Both the position numbers and the translations under genes were made by a program. This document shows positions 27,443 to 35,813 of a stretch of 64,000 nucleotides of DNA, piece after piece; within the stretch, counting starts at the first letter, position 1, and every line of letters starts with the position of its first letter. Below the pieces are notes generated by a model. It worked only from the letters and a program-made list of their open reading frames with translations. It made no database searches and was not told the origin of the DNA. Source of the stretch: Myxococcota bacterium (GTDB taxonomy: Bacteria; Myxococcota_A; UBA796; CAJQPC01); contig DASCPX010000179.1 in NCBI GenBank assembly GCA_036012755.1, positions 113,198-177,197 on the forward strand. Direction: 5' to 3'.

Positions 27443-28023
27443 GCGAACTCCGCCGGGGACTCGAAGCGGAGCGCCTCACCCGTGACGGGGTGCTGGAGTC
27501 CCAGCCTCCATGCGTGGAGGGCAAGCCGCGGCGACAGCCGACCTGCGGCCCCGCCGTGTCGCCGATCCCCCAGCACCGGGTGCCCGGCACCGAGGGCGTG
27601 AAGCCGGATCTGGTGGGTGCGACCGGTCACCAGTCGTGCCTCGATCAGCGAGGTGGTACCTCGCCGAAGTGCCCTCCAGTGAGTCTCCGCCTCGCGGTGG
27701 TCGATGGGCGCCGTCCACACACCTTCGTCTCCGGGATCGCCGAGCACGAGCACCTGATAGCGTCGGTCCAGCCGGCGAGCCTGGATCTGGTGGGCGAGAC
27801 CTCGATTCGCCTTCTTCGACAAGGACAAGACCATCAACCCGCTCGCGCTGACGTCGAGGCGATGGTGGAGCCCCACGTACCGATGGCGCTCTCCGAGGAG
27901 CTCGTAGACACCAGGCCGACCGTCCACTCCCGCCTGGCTGGGAAGCCCCGCAGGCTTGTCGACGACGACCAGATACTGATCCTCGAATCTTATAATTCTA
28001 GCAAGGCTGTCGCCGAATGTCAC
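27439..28023 (-). CDS. RluA-family RNA pseudouridine synthase
   Basis: VVDKPAGL.SQ, HRLD.SASGL, TGRTHQIRLH, HPVLGD, LHA..L..HP. GTG 28023 is taken as the start; the longer track ORF is antisense to pilT. Confidence 0.9.
   Translation of the reverse strand: MTFGDSLARIIRFEDQYLVVVDKPAGLPSQAGVDGRPGVYELLGERHRYVGLHHRLDVSASGLMVLSLSKKANRGLAHQIQARRLDRRYQVLVLGDPGDEGVWTAPIDHREAETHWRALRRGTTSLIEARLVTGRTHQIRLHALGAGHPVLGDRRHGGAAGRLSPRLALHAWRLGLQHPVTGEALRFESPAEFA
27991..27996 (+). promoter_or_regulatory. Perfect -10 hexamer TATAAT upstream of pilT, inside the rluA-like gene
   Basis: AT-rich island TCTTATAATTCTA about 50 nt before the pilT ATG. No consensus -35 at 17 bp. A second -10-like TACGAT lies 8 nt before the ATG. 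Confidence 0.35.
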
Positions 28024-28047
28024 CAGGAGAGGGTACGATCCCCTGTC

Positions 28048-29151
28048 ATGTCCGTCCGGATGCACGAGCTGCTGACCTTCGCCGTCAAGATCGGCGCATC
28101 GGACCTTCACATCGGCGCCCTCGAGATCCCGGCGATGCGCGTCGATGGCGAGATCAAGCGCCTCGACCTCCCGCCGCTGGGCACGGACGACGCCAAGCGC
28201 CTCGCCTACTCGGTGATGAGCGAGAAGCAAAAGACCCAGTTCGAGAACGAGCTGGAGGTCGACTTCTCGATCGGCCTGAAGGGGCTCGCGCGGTTCCGGA
28301 TCAACGTCTTCACCCAGACCCGGGGTGTCGGCATGGTGCTCCGGCAGATCCCCTCGAAGGTCCTGACCCTCGAGGAGATCAAGGCGCCGAAGGTCTTCGA
28401 GCGCATCTCCGACTTCAAGAAGGGCCTGGTCCTGGTCACCGGGCCGACCGGCGCCGGAAAGTCGACCACGCTGGCCTCGATGATCGACCACATCAACAAG
28501 ACCCGCAGCGAGCACATCCTGACCGTCGAGGACCCGGTCGAGTTCGTCCACATGCCGAACCGCTGCCTGATCAACCAGCGCGAGGTCGGCTCCCACACGA
28601 AGTCCTTCTCCGCCGCGCTGCGCTCCGCCCTCCGCGAGGATCCGGACGTCATCCTCGTCGGCGAGCTCCGCGACCTGGAGACGATCTCGTTGGCGCTGAC
28701 AGCCGCCGAGACCGGTCACCTGGTCTTCGGGACACTGCACACGAACTCCGCCGCTGAGACCGTCGACCGCATCATCGACGTCTTCCCGCACGAGCAGCAG
28801 CAGCAGGTGCGAGCGATGACCTCGACCTCTCTGATGGCGGTGATCTCCCAGGCGCTCCTGAAGCGGCAGGACGGCAAGGGACGCGTCGCCGCGCACGAGA
28901 TCATGCTGGTCAACCCGGCGATCCGGAACCTGATCCGAGAGAACAAGCTCTACCAGATCCCGTCGATCATACAGACGGCACGGGGCGAGGGCATGCAGAC
29001 GATGGAGGACAGCCTCCGCGCCCACGCCTTCGCCGGGCTCATCAGCCGGCAGGCTGCGATCCTGCAGTGCAACAACCCGAAGATGTTCGAAGACAGCCGG
29101 ACCGAGGCCTTCGAGCGCAAGAAGCGTCCGGCAGGAGCGCGACGGCGTTGA
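28048..29151 (+). CDS. pilT: Type IV pilus retraction ATPase PilT
   Basis: GASDLH, RFRINVF, GPTGAGKST, EDPVE, ALREDPD, AAETGHLV.TLH, AIRNLIRE, GMQTM. Confidence 0.96.
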   Translation: MSVRMHELLTFAVKIGASDLHIGALEIPAMRVDGEIKRLDLPPLGTDDAKRLAYSVMSEKQKTQFENELEVDFSIGLKGLARFRINVFTQTRGVGMVLRQIPSKVLTLEEIKAPKVFERISDFKKGLVLVTGPTGAGKSTTLASMIDHINKTRSEHILTVEDPVEFVHMPNRCLINQREVGSHTKSFSAALRSALREDPDVILVGELRDLETISLALTAAETGHLVFGTLHTNSAAETVDRIIDVFPHEQQQQVRAMTSTSLMAVISQALLKRQDGKGRVAAHEIMLVNPAIRNLIRENKLYQIPSIIQTARGEGMQTMEDSLRAHAFAGLISRQAAILQCNNPKMFEDSRTEAFERKKRPAGARRR

Positions 29152-29348
29152 CGATCACAGTGAACGGGCAGACCCGCGAGGTCCCCGATGACACCCGCCT
29201 GGACACCCTCCTCGAGGATCTCCACGTTCGCGTCGAGGCCGTCGCGGTGGCGGTCAACCTGATCGTAGTGCCCAGGCGATCCCTCCGAGACGTAGAGCTG
29301 AAGCCGGACGACCGCGTAGAAGTCGTCCGAGCGGTCGGCGGGGGGTAA
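29148..29348 (+). CDS. thiS: Sulfur carrier protein ThiS
   Basis: ITVNG..., AVAVN..VVPR, D.VEVVRAVGGG C-terminus. The TTG start overlaps the pilT stop. Confidence 0.9.
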   Translation: MTITVNGQTREVPDDTRLDTLLEDLHVRVEAVAVAVNLIVVPRRSLRDVELKPDDRVEVVRAVGGG

Positions 29349-29373
29349 TCCTCCGAGCAGGTTCTTCCGATCC
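29346..29373 (+). promoter_or_regulatory. Candidate alternative-sigma promoter TAAT-N16-TCCGATCC
   Basis: The same boxes and spacing recur at 51429-51456 on the minus strand. This copy is 38 nt before ATG 29412, which has a GGAGG SD. Confidence 0.45.
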
Positions 29374-29411
29374 TCCTGGGCGACGAAACGCGACGACCCC
29401 GGAGGTCACGG

Positions 29412-31538
29412 ATGACTCTTCTCGCACTGCTCACGCCCACCTTTGGCGCAACCTGGTCGGTCGGCCCCCACGGCGACTTCGACAGCATCCAAGAGGCCGT
29501 AGACACCGCCGCCGATGGGGACTCGATCCTCATCCAGCAGGGCGACTACGAGCTCGTCGTCATCGACGGACGGGACCTCGCCATCGAGGCGTCGCCCGGC
29601 GTGACCTTGGAGTCGATCCACTTCCTCGACTCGACCGTCAGCTTCGTCGGTCTGAACATCGCCGAGGCGATGGTCGTCGAGGGCGGCACCGTCACCGGCT
29701 CCAACACCCGCTTCGTCGGACACGGCAAGATGAGCGCCCCCGCGCTGACCGTCGTCCGCGGCGAGGTCTCGCTCACCGACACCAGCGTCTCCGACTGGGA
29801 CGCCCCAGGCAGCCCGATCGAGATCTTCGACGGCGGCGCCAGCTTCGATGGCATGGACGTCGTCCGCACAGGCGGTGACTCCGGCGGCGCGATGCACGTC
29901 TACGGCGGCACCGTGTCGGTCAGCTCCAGCCGCTTCAGCGACATCCGGGCGGCCGGCTCCGGCGGAGCCATCGCGGTCTCCGATGGCAGCCTCGCGGTCT
30001 CCGCTTCCACCTTCGAGTCCTGCTCCGCGGAGCGCGGCGGCTTCCTGTCCGTCCACGACGCCAGCGCGAGCATCGAGACCTCCTCGTTCGAGGGCGGCTT
30101 CGCCCGCACCGGCGGCGGCGCCATGCACCTCGACGGCGGCTCGCTCACCGTCACCTCCGTGAGCTTCCGAGACAACGAGGCCACCGGGAGCGGCGGGAGC
30201 ATGGCGATCCAGCGCGGCTCGTTCTCTGCCACTGACATCGAGTCCGACGGCAGCATCGCCGAGTCCGGTGGACACATCTTCGTCAGCTCCGGCGCGTCCG
30301 TCTCCATCACCCGCAGCGTGCTGTCGGCCGGTCAGGCTGTCTCCGGCGCCGGGCTGACCAACGACGGCGGCTCCGTCTTCGTGTCCAATGCCATCTGGAA
30401 GGACGCCGAGTGGGCCGACGTGGGCGGCGCCGTCTACATGTCCGATGGTTCCCTCGAGATGCGCTACGCCGTCCTGGCCCGCAACAAGGCCGCCGTCGGT
30501 GGCGGCGTCGCGATGGAGGGCGGTGACGCCCACTTCGAGGGCTGCATCATCGCCCACAACACCGCAGAGGCCATCGCCAACGCCGGCTCCGGCTCCGCGA
30601 CCTACCGTCACGGCGTGACCTGGGACAACAGCGGCGTCGAGATCGCAGGCAACGTGCACTTTGGCGCTGGCGCCTTCGCCGCCGACCCGATGTTCCGCAG
30701 CCCCGAGGGCGGCGACTACGCGCTCTGGAGCTACAGCCCGGCGCTGGACTCTGGCCCTGCCGGCGAGGTCGACCCCGACCTCACCGCCCCCGACATGGGC
30801 GCCTACGGTGGACATCTGGCCTGGGCCCTCCCGGACGAGGACGGCGACGGCCACGTCTACGGACGCGACTGCGACGACCAGGACCCGGACTCCTTCGAGT
30901 ACGCCATCGACGCCTGGTACGACGGCATCGACCATGACTGCCGCCGCAACTCCGACTTCGACATGGACGGCGACGGGCACGACTCGGCCATCTTCGGCGG
31001 AGACGACTGCGACGACTCCAACGCCAGCCGCAACCCCTCTCACTACGAAGAGAGCGGCGACGAGTTCGACAGCGACTGCGACGGGCTGCTCGACCGCGAC
31101 GGCGACGGCGACGGCTGGTCGGACGCGGTCGACTGCGACGACCAGGATCCCGACGTCCACCCGGCCGCCCACGACGCCCCCTACGATGGCATCGACACCG
31201 ACTGTCGCGGAGACGACGACTACGACTGGGACGGCGATGGCTGGCGTCTCGAGGTCGACTGCGACGACACCGACCCCTACGTTCACCCCGACGCGGCCGA
31301 AGTCAGCGATGACGGCGTCGACCAGGACTGCGATGGCAGCGACCTGGACGGCTCGGCCCCCGGCTACGTCGACACCCTGGTGGCTTCGTCCGATGACGAC
31401 GAGGTCCCCTGGGCCCCCGTTTCCCCGCCCAGCTACGCCGTCACCACCGGCGGCTGCAGCTCGGCACAGACTCCCACCGGCCTCGCCGCTGCGCTCCTTG
31501 CGCTCGCTGGCACGCTCCTCCTCCGCCGCCGCGACTAG
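29412..31538 (+). CDS. Surface protein: beta-helix (GGA[I/M/V] repeats) + DCDD repeats + MYXO-CTERM-like anchor
   Basis: FDSIQEAVD, repeated GGAM/GGAI units, YSPALDSG..D.D...DMGAYGG, DCDD repeats, C-terminus GGCSS..hydrophobic..RRRD. Confidence 0.85.
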   Translation: MTLLALLTPTFGATWSVGPHGDFDSIQEAVDTAADGDSILIQQGDYELVVIDGRDLAIEASPGVTLESIHFLDSTVSFVGLNIAEAMVVEGGTVTGSNTRFVGHGKMSAPALTVVRGEVSLTDTSVSDWDAPGSPIEIFDGGASFDGMDVVRTGGDSGGAMHVYGGTVSVSSSRFSDIRAAGSGGAIAVSDGSLAVSASTFESCSAERGGFLSVHDASASIETSSFEGGFARTGGGAMHLDGGSLTVTSVSFRDNEATGSGGSMAIQRGSFSATDIESDGSIAESGGHIFVSSGASVSITRSVLSAGQAVSGAGLTNDGGSVFVSNAIWKDAEWADVGGAVYMSDGSLEMRYAVLARNKAAVGGGVAMEGGDAHFEGCIIAHNTAEAIANAGSGSATYRHGVTWDNSGVEIAGNVHFGAGAFAADPMFRSPEGGDYALWSYSPALDSGPAGEVDPDLTAPDMGAYGGHLAWALPDEDGDGHVYGRDCDDQDPDSFEYAIDAWYDGIDHDCRRNSDFDMDGDGHDSAIFGGDDCDDSNASRNPSHYEESGDEFDSDCDGLLDRDGDGDGWSDAVDCDDQDPDVHPAAHDAPYDGIDTDCRGDDDYDWDGDGWRLEVDCDDTDPYVHPDAAEVSDDGVDQDCDGSDLDGSAPGYVDTLVASSDDDEVPWAPVSPPSYAVTTGGCSSAQTPTGLAAALLALAGTLLLRRRD

Positions 31539-31549
31539 GACGCGCAGCG

Positions 31550-31580
31550 TCCCCGGCCCCTCGTTGTGAGGGGTCGGGGA
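31550..31580 (+). terminator. GC-rich hairpin, possible terminator (no U-tract)
   Basis: TCCCCGGCCCCTC-gttgt-GAGGGGTCGGGGA is a 13-bp stem with one G-U pair, 11 nt after the stop at 31538. Confidence 0.5.
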
Positions 31581-31694
31581 AGGCCCCCCCACTTTCCTCC
31601 GAAGCCTCGGCTTCACCGTCACGTCGTCGATCGGCCTGGGAATCCTCCCGGGCCGATCCTTCTCTGGACAGCCATCCGCGGTTAGTTCGCGTGA

Positions 31695-32744
31695 ATGCTT
31701 CTGCTGTCACTCGCCTGCACCGCCGAGCCCGAGACCACCTCGACGCTCCCGCCCCCCCTGCCCGCCATGGGTACGCCAGCCATCGCCCAGGACGGCGACG
31801 GTGTCGTCGCGACCTGGAAGGGCGGCCAGATGACCTACTCAGAGCTCCAGGCGGAGATCGGGAGCGAGCTGGCGCTCCTGGAGATCGAGTACCTCCAGGG
31901 CCGATACCAGCTCGAGACCGCCGCGCTGCAGGAGGCGACGACCCTGAAGGTGCTGGAGGCCGAGGCGGCCTCTCGCTCCATGACCCTCGAGGAGCTGCTG
32001 AAGGTCGAGGTCGAGGACAAGGTCGCCAGGCCCACCGAAGACGAGGTGAAGGAGTTCTACCCGCTGGTCGCGCGCCAGCTCCGGAACGCCCCCTTCGAGG
32101 CCGTGAAGGACCAGGTCGAGATCGCGCTGCTCAACCGCCGCCAGGGCGAGCGCATGCAGGTCTACCTCCAGGAGATCGACGCCCTCTACGAGATCGACAC
32201 GCAGCTGCCCTATCCGGACCTTCCCAGGATGGACGTCAGCGTCGACGACGACCCCTCACGGGGGCCCGATACCGCCAAGGTCACCATCGTCGAGTTCGCC
32301 GACTACAACTGCGGCTACTGCCGCAAGATCTACCCGACCCTCGTCGAGCTCATCGAGACCGACTACCCGGGCCAGGTGAAGCTGGTCTACCGCGACTACC
32401 CGCTCTCCGGCGGCGCGGGCGGACTCGAGCCCACCATCGCAGCCAACTGCGCCGGCGCCCAAGGCAAGTACTGGGAGATGCACGACGCCCTGATGCGTCG
32501 GGGCAACTACTCCGAGGCCGCGCTGGCCGGCTACGCAGCCGAGATCGGACTGGACGCCGACGCCTTCACAGACTGCACCTCGAAGCCAGAGGACAGCCTG
32601 CCGGAGATCATGGAGGACTTCCAGGCCGGGCGAGAGGTCGGGGTCACCGGAACGCCAGCCTTCTTCATCAACGGCATCCCGCTCTCCGGCGCCGTGCCAA
32701 AGGACCAGTTCGTGGCCGTGATCGAGAAAGAGCTGGGCTCGTGA
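31695..32744 (+). CDS. DsbA-family thioredoxin lipoprotein with SurA-like N-terminal helical region
   Basis: MLLLSLAC, RGP..AKVTIVEFADYNCGYC, YRDYPL, GVTGTPAFFING. Confidence 0.9.
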   Translation: MLLLSLACTAEPETTSTLPPPLPAMGTPAIAQDGDGVVATWKGGQMTYSELQAEIGSELALLEIEYLQGRYQLETAALQEATTLKVLEAEAASRSMTLEELLKVEVEDKVARPTEDEVKEFYPLVARQLRNAPFEAVKDQVEIALLNRRQGERMQVYLQEIDALYEIDTQLPYPDLPRMDVSVDDDPSRGPDTAKVTIVEFADYNCGYCRKIYPTLVELIETDYPGQVKLVYRDYPLSGGAGGLEPTIAANCAGAQGKYWEMHDALMRRGNYSEAALAGYAAEIGLDADAFTDCTSKPEDSLPEIMEDFQAGREVGVTGTPAFFINGIPLSGAVPKDQFVAVIEKELGS

Positions 32745-33754
32745 GCGATCTCGCTGCCCTCCGAGACGAGGCCACCACGGCCCTGTCCGGGGCAGCCGAC
32801 TTGCGCTCGCTGGAGACACTCCGGGTCCGCTTCCTCGGCAAGAAGGGGGCCATCAAGGCGCTGCAGAAGAAGACGGGCCAGCTCCCGCCAGAGGAGCGGA
32901 AGGGCTGGGGCATGAAGGTCAACGCGCTGGTGAAGGAGGTCACCTCTGCGCTCGAGGCTCGCAAGGAGCAGCTGGAGCGAGCCGCGCAGGAGGCCGCGCT
33001 GGAGGCGGGCTGGATCGACCCGACGCTGCCGACACCCAGGCTCCAGGGGGGCTTGCACCCCATCACGAAGGTGCTGATGGAGGTCGTCGACCACTTCCAC
33101 GGCCTTGGCTACGAGGTCGCCAGCGGCCCGGAGATCGAGGACGCCTTCCACAACTTCGACGCCCTGAACATCCCGGCGAACCACCCCGCCCGGGACGTCT
33201 GGGACACCTTCTACCTGACCACCGGCGAGATCCCCCGCACCCACACCAGCTCCGTCCAGATCCGCACCCTGGAGTCGCGACAGCCGCCACTGCGCATCAT
33301 CGCGCCGGGCAAGTGCTTCCGGAACGAGACCATCGACGCCACGCACCTGGCGGCCTTCAACCAGTGCGAAGGCCTCTACATCGACCGCGACGTCACGGTC
33401 GGCCACCTCAAGGCGACCCTCGAGGGCCTCGTCGAGCGGCTCATGGGACGCCGGGTGCCGACCCGCTTCCGGCCAGCCTTCTACCCCTTCGTCGAGCCCG
33501 GGCTCGACCTCGACATCGAGTGCATCTTCTGCCTTGGAGATGGCTGCTCGATCTGCAAGGACAGTGGCTGGATCGAGGTCATCCCCTGCGGCATGGTCCA
33601 CCCCAACGTGCTGCGGGCCTGTGGACACGATCCAGACGAGTGGAACGGCTTCGCCTTCGGCATGGGCTTCGACCGCATGGTCATGCTCCGCTACGGCATC
33701 GACGACCTCCGCCGCCTCTACGACGGCAACCTGGACCTCGTCCGCAAGCTCTGA
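32741..33754 (+). CDS. pheS: Phenylalanine--tRNA ligase alpha subunit
   Basis: FLGKKG, LHP, NFDALNIP.NHPARD..DTFY, RTHTS.VQ, PFVEP, GMVHPNV, GFAFGMG.DR. The GTG start overlaps the upstream stop. Confidence 0.96.
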   Translation: MSDLAALRDEATTALSGAADLRSLETLRVRFLGKKGAIKALQKKTGQLPPEERKGWGMKVNALVKEVTSALEARKEQLERAAQEAALEAGWIDPTLPTPRLQGGLHPITKVLMEVVDHFHGLGYEVASGPEIEDAFHNFDALNIPANHPARDVWDTFYLTTGEIPRTHTSSVQIRTLESRQPPLRIIAPGKCFRNETIDATHLAAFNQCEGLYIDRDVTVGHLKATLEGLVERLMGRRVPTRFRPAFYPFVEPGLDLDIECIFCLGDGCSICKDSGWIEVIPCGMVHPNVLRACGHDPDEWNGFAFGMGFDRMVMLRYGIDDLRRLYDGNLDLVRKL

Positions 33755-33787
33755 TCGGATAGGCAGTCGGGATCGAGGAACCCGACC

Positions 33788-35803
33788 ATGGCCGCACCCG
33801 GACTGTCCGCCCAGCTCAAGGGCCTGGACAATCGCTTCTGGATCGTCAACATCATGGAGATGTTCGAGCGGCTCGCCTACTACGGCGTCCGCGCGGTCGT
33901 CGCGATCTACATGGTGCTCGCGCTGGAGGAAGGCGGGCCCCAGTTCACGCACGTCCAGAAAGGCACCATCTACGCAGGCTGGGCCTTCGTGCAGTCGATG
34001 CTGCCGGTCTTCACCGGCGGCTTCGCGGACCGCTACGGCCACAAGAAGACCATCGCCATCGCCATCGCGATCAAGATCGTCGGCTACCTCTTCATGGCCT
34101 TCTTCCAAGACTACGGCCTGTTCTACGCGGGCTGCATGCTCCTGGCGGCGGGCACGGCCATCTTCAAGCCAGGCGTCCAGGGCACCCTCGCCGCCACCCT
34201 GAAGCAGTCCAACGCCTCCGTCGGCTGGGGCGTCTTCTACCAGCTGGTGAACGTCGGGGGCTTCCTCGGCCCGGTCATCGCCGGCTTCCTGCGCCTGTTG
34301 GACTGGAAGTACGTCTTCATCAGCTGCGCCGGCATCGTGGCGATCAACTACCTCTGGCTCCCCTTCTACAAGGACCCGACCCAGGACGAGGACGCCGTCG
34401 ACCAGTCCGCCCAGGAGCTGAACTGGTCGACCCTGTCCAATGCCGTCAGCACCAACTGGGCCCGCGTGGTCCTGGGCTTCTGGGTGCTGTTGACCTGCAT
34501 CGCCGGCTTCTACGCGATCCGGGAGTTCACGCTGCAGCACGTGCAGCTATTCGTCATGGCAGGGGTCTTCGCTGGCTCCATGGGCATCTACGTGGCGTCG
34601 AAGGGCTCCTTCGACCGGGGTCGGACGGATCCGCTGAGCGTCTTCGTCGTCTCGGTGGCGGGGCTCTTCCAGCACCGCGTGCTGTGGTTCTGCCTGGTCT
34701 TCTCCGGCTTCTGGTTCATGTTCAACCAGGTCTTCGACCTGCTGCCCAACGTGATCGACGACTGGGTCGACAGCTCGATGGTCATCGAGGCCCTTGGCAA
34801 TGCCTTCTCCCTGCCCTGGGTCCCGGTGGTTCTCGCGGCGGTGCTCGCCCTGATCTACGGGGGTGTCTGCGCCGTTGGCGTGTGGCTGGCCTTCCGACCA
34901 GACCGGCGCAAGGCGACGGAGGTCCCGGACTCCTCGTACATCGTGCTCACCCTGGCCTTCTCGGGCGCCTTCGCCCTTGGCCTGCTCTACGTCCTGCCAG
35001 GCTGGGGAGGGCTGCTCGCCATCGGCCTCGCCGGAATGGTGGCCGGGGTCGCTCGCGGGCTGCGGCTCGGCGGCCGACCCCTCGCGATCTCCGCCTGGAT
35101 CATCGCCTTGTTGAGTGGCTTCGTGAGCATCGAGGCCGGGCTCTCCGCCAGCGCCCCGGAGCTGGTGCGGCTCGGCCAGGAGGGGCAGCAGATCAACCCG
35201 GAGTGGATGATCAACCTGAACCCCGGGCTGATCGTCTTCACGATGGTCGGCTTCGCGTACCTGTCCGGCTTCGTGCGGCCCCTGGTCAGCATCGTCATCG
35301 GCATGCTGGTCGCCACAGTCGGGGCCCTGCTCGCGGGCACCGCCAGCGTCGGCTGGATCTGCCTGGCCGGCATCGCGGTCTTCTCGATCGGGGAGATGCT
35401 GTCGAGCCCCAAGAAGATGGAGTACCTGGCCACCCTGGCGCGGAAGGGCCAGGAGGGCCTCTTCATGGGCTACGCCAACGTGCCGCTGGCCATCGGCTGG
35501 GTCGCGGGCTCGATCCTCGCCGGCAACGCCTACGAGGAGCACGGCGACAAGGTCAACCTGGCCAGGCGCCACCTCGTCGAGGTCCTCGACCAGGACCCCG
35601 TGTACATCGAGGGGCTCCAGAAGACCGACGTGATGCCCACCCTGGCCGAGGCGCTCGGCAGCTCGGTGCCAGAGGCACAACAGCTCCTCTTCGCGACCTA
35701 CCACCCAGATCGCATCTGGTGGGGCATCGCAGCCATCGGCGTCCTGAGTATCCTGGGCATGCTCATCTACGATCGCGCCGTGCGGTGGCTGCAGAAGGAG
35801 TGA
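33788..35803 (+). CDS. MFS transporter, POT/PTR peptide-transporter-like, with extra TM insertions
   Basis: MEMFERLAYYG, GGFADRYG, FKP, FYQLVNVGG, INLNP, SIGEM..SP. Confidence 0.88.
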   Translation: MAAPGLSAQLKGLDNRFWIVNIMEMFERLAYYGVRAVVAIYMVLALEEGGPQFTHVQKGTIYAGWAFVQSMLPVFTGGFADRYGHKKTIAIAIAIKIVGYLFMAFFQDYGLFYAGCMLLAAGTAIFKPGVQGTLAATLKQSNASVGWGVFYQLVNVGGFLGPVIAGFLRLLDWKYVFISCAGIVAINYLWLPFYKDPTQDEDAVDQSAQELNWSTLSNAVSTNWARVVLGFWVLLTCIAGFYAIREFTLQHVQLFVMAGVFAGSMGIYVASKGSFDRGRTDPLSVFVVSVAGLFQHRVLWFCLVFSGFWFMFNQVFDLLPNVIDDWVDSSMVIEALGNAFSLPWVPVVLAAVLALIYGGVCAVGVWLAFRPDRRKATEVPDSSYIVLTLAFSGAFALGLLYVLPGWGGLLAIGLAGMVAGVARGLRLGGRPLAISAWIIALLSGFVSIEAGLSASAPELVRLGQEGQQINPEWMINLNPGLIVFTMVGFAYLSGFVRPLVSIVIGMLVATVGALLAGTASVGWICLAGIAVFSIGEMLSSPKKMEYLATLARKGQEGLFMGYANVPLAIGWVAGSILAGNAYEEHGDKVNLARRHLVEVLDQDPVYIEGLQKTDVMPTLAEALGSSVPEAQQLLFATYHPDRIWWGIAAIGVLSILGMLIYDRAVRWLQKE

Positions 35804-35813
35804 AACTGTCCCG

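Noticed and set aside
28048..29348. Functional link between pilT and thiS from their 4-nt overlap
   Set aside because: Overlaps between unrelated genes are ubiquitous in this compact window, and no other pil or thi genes are present.
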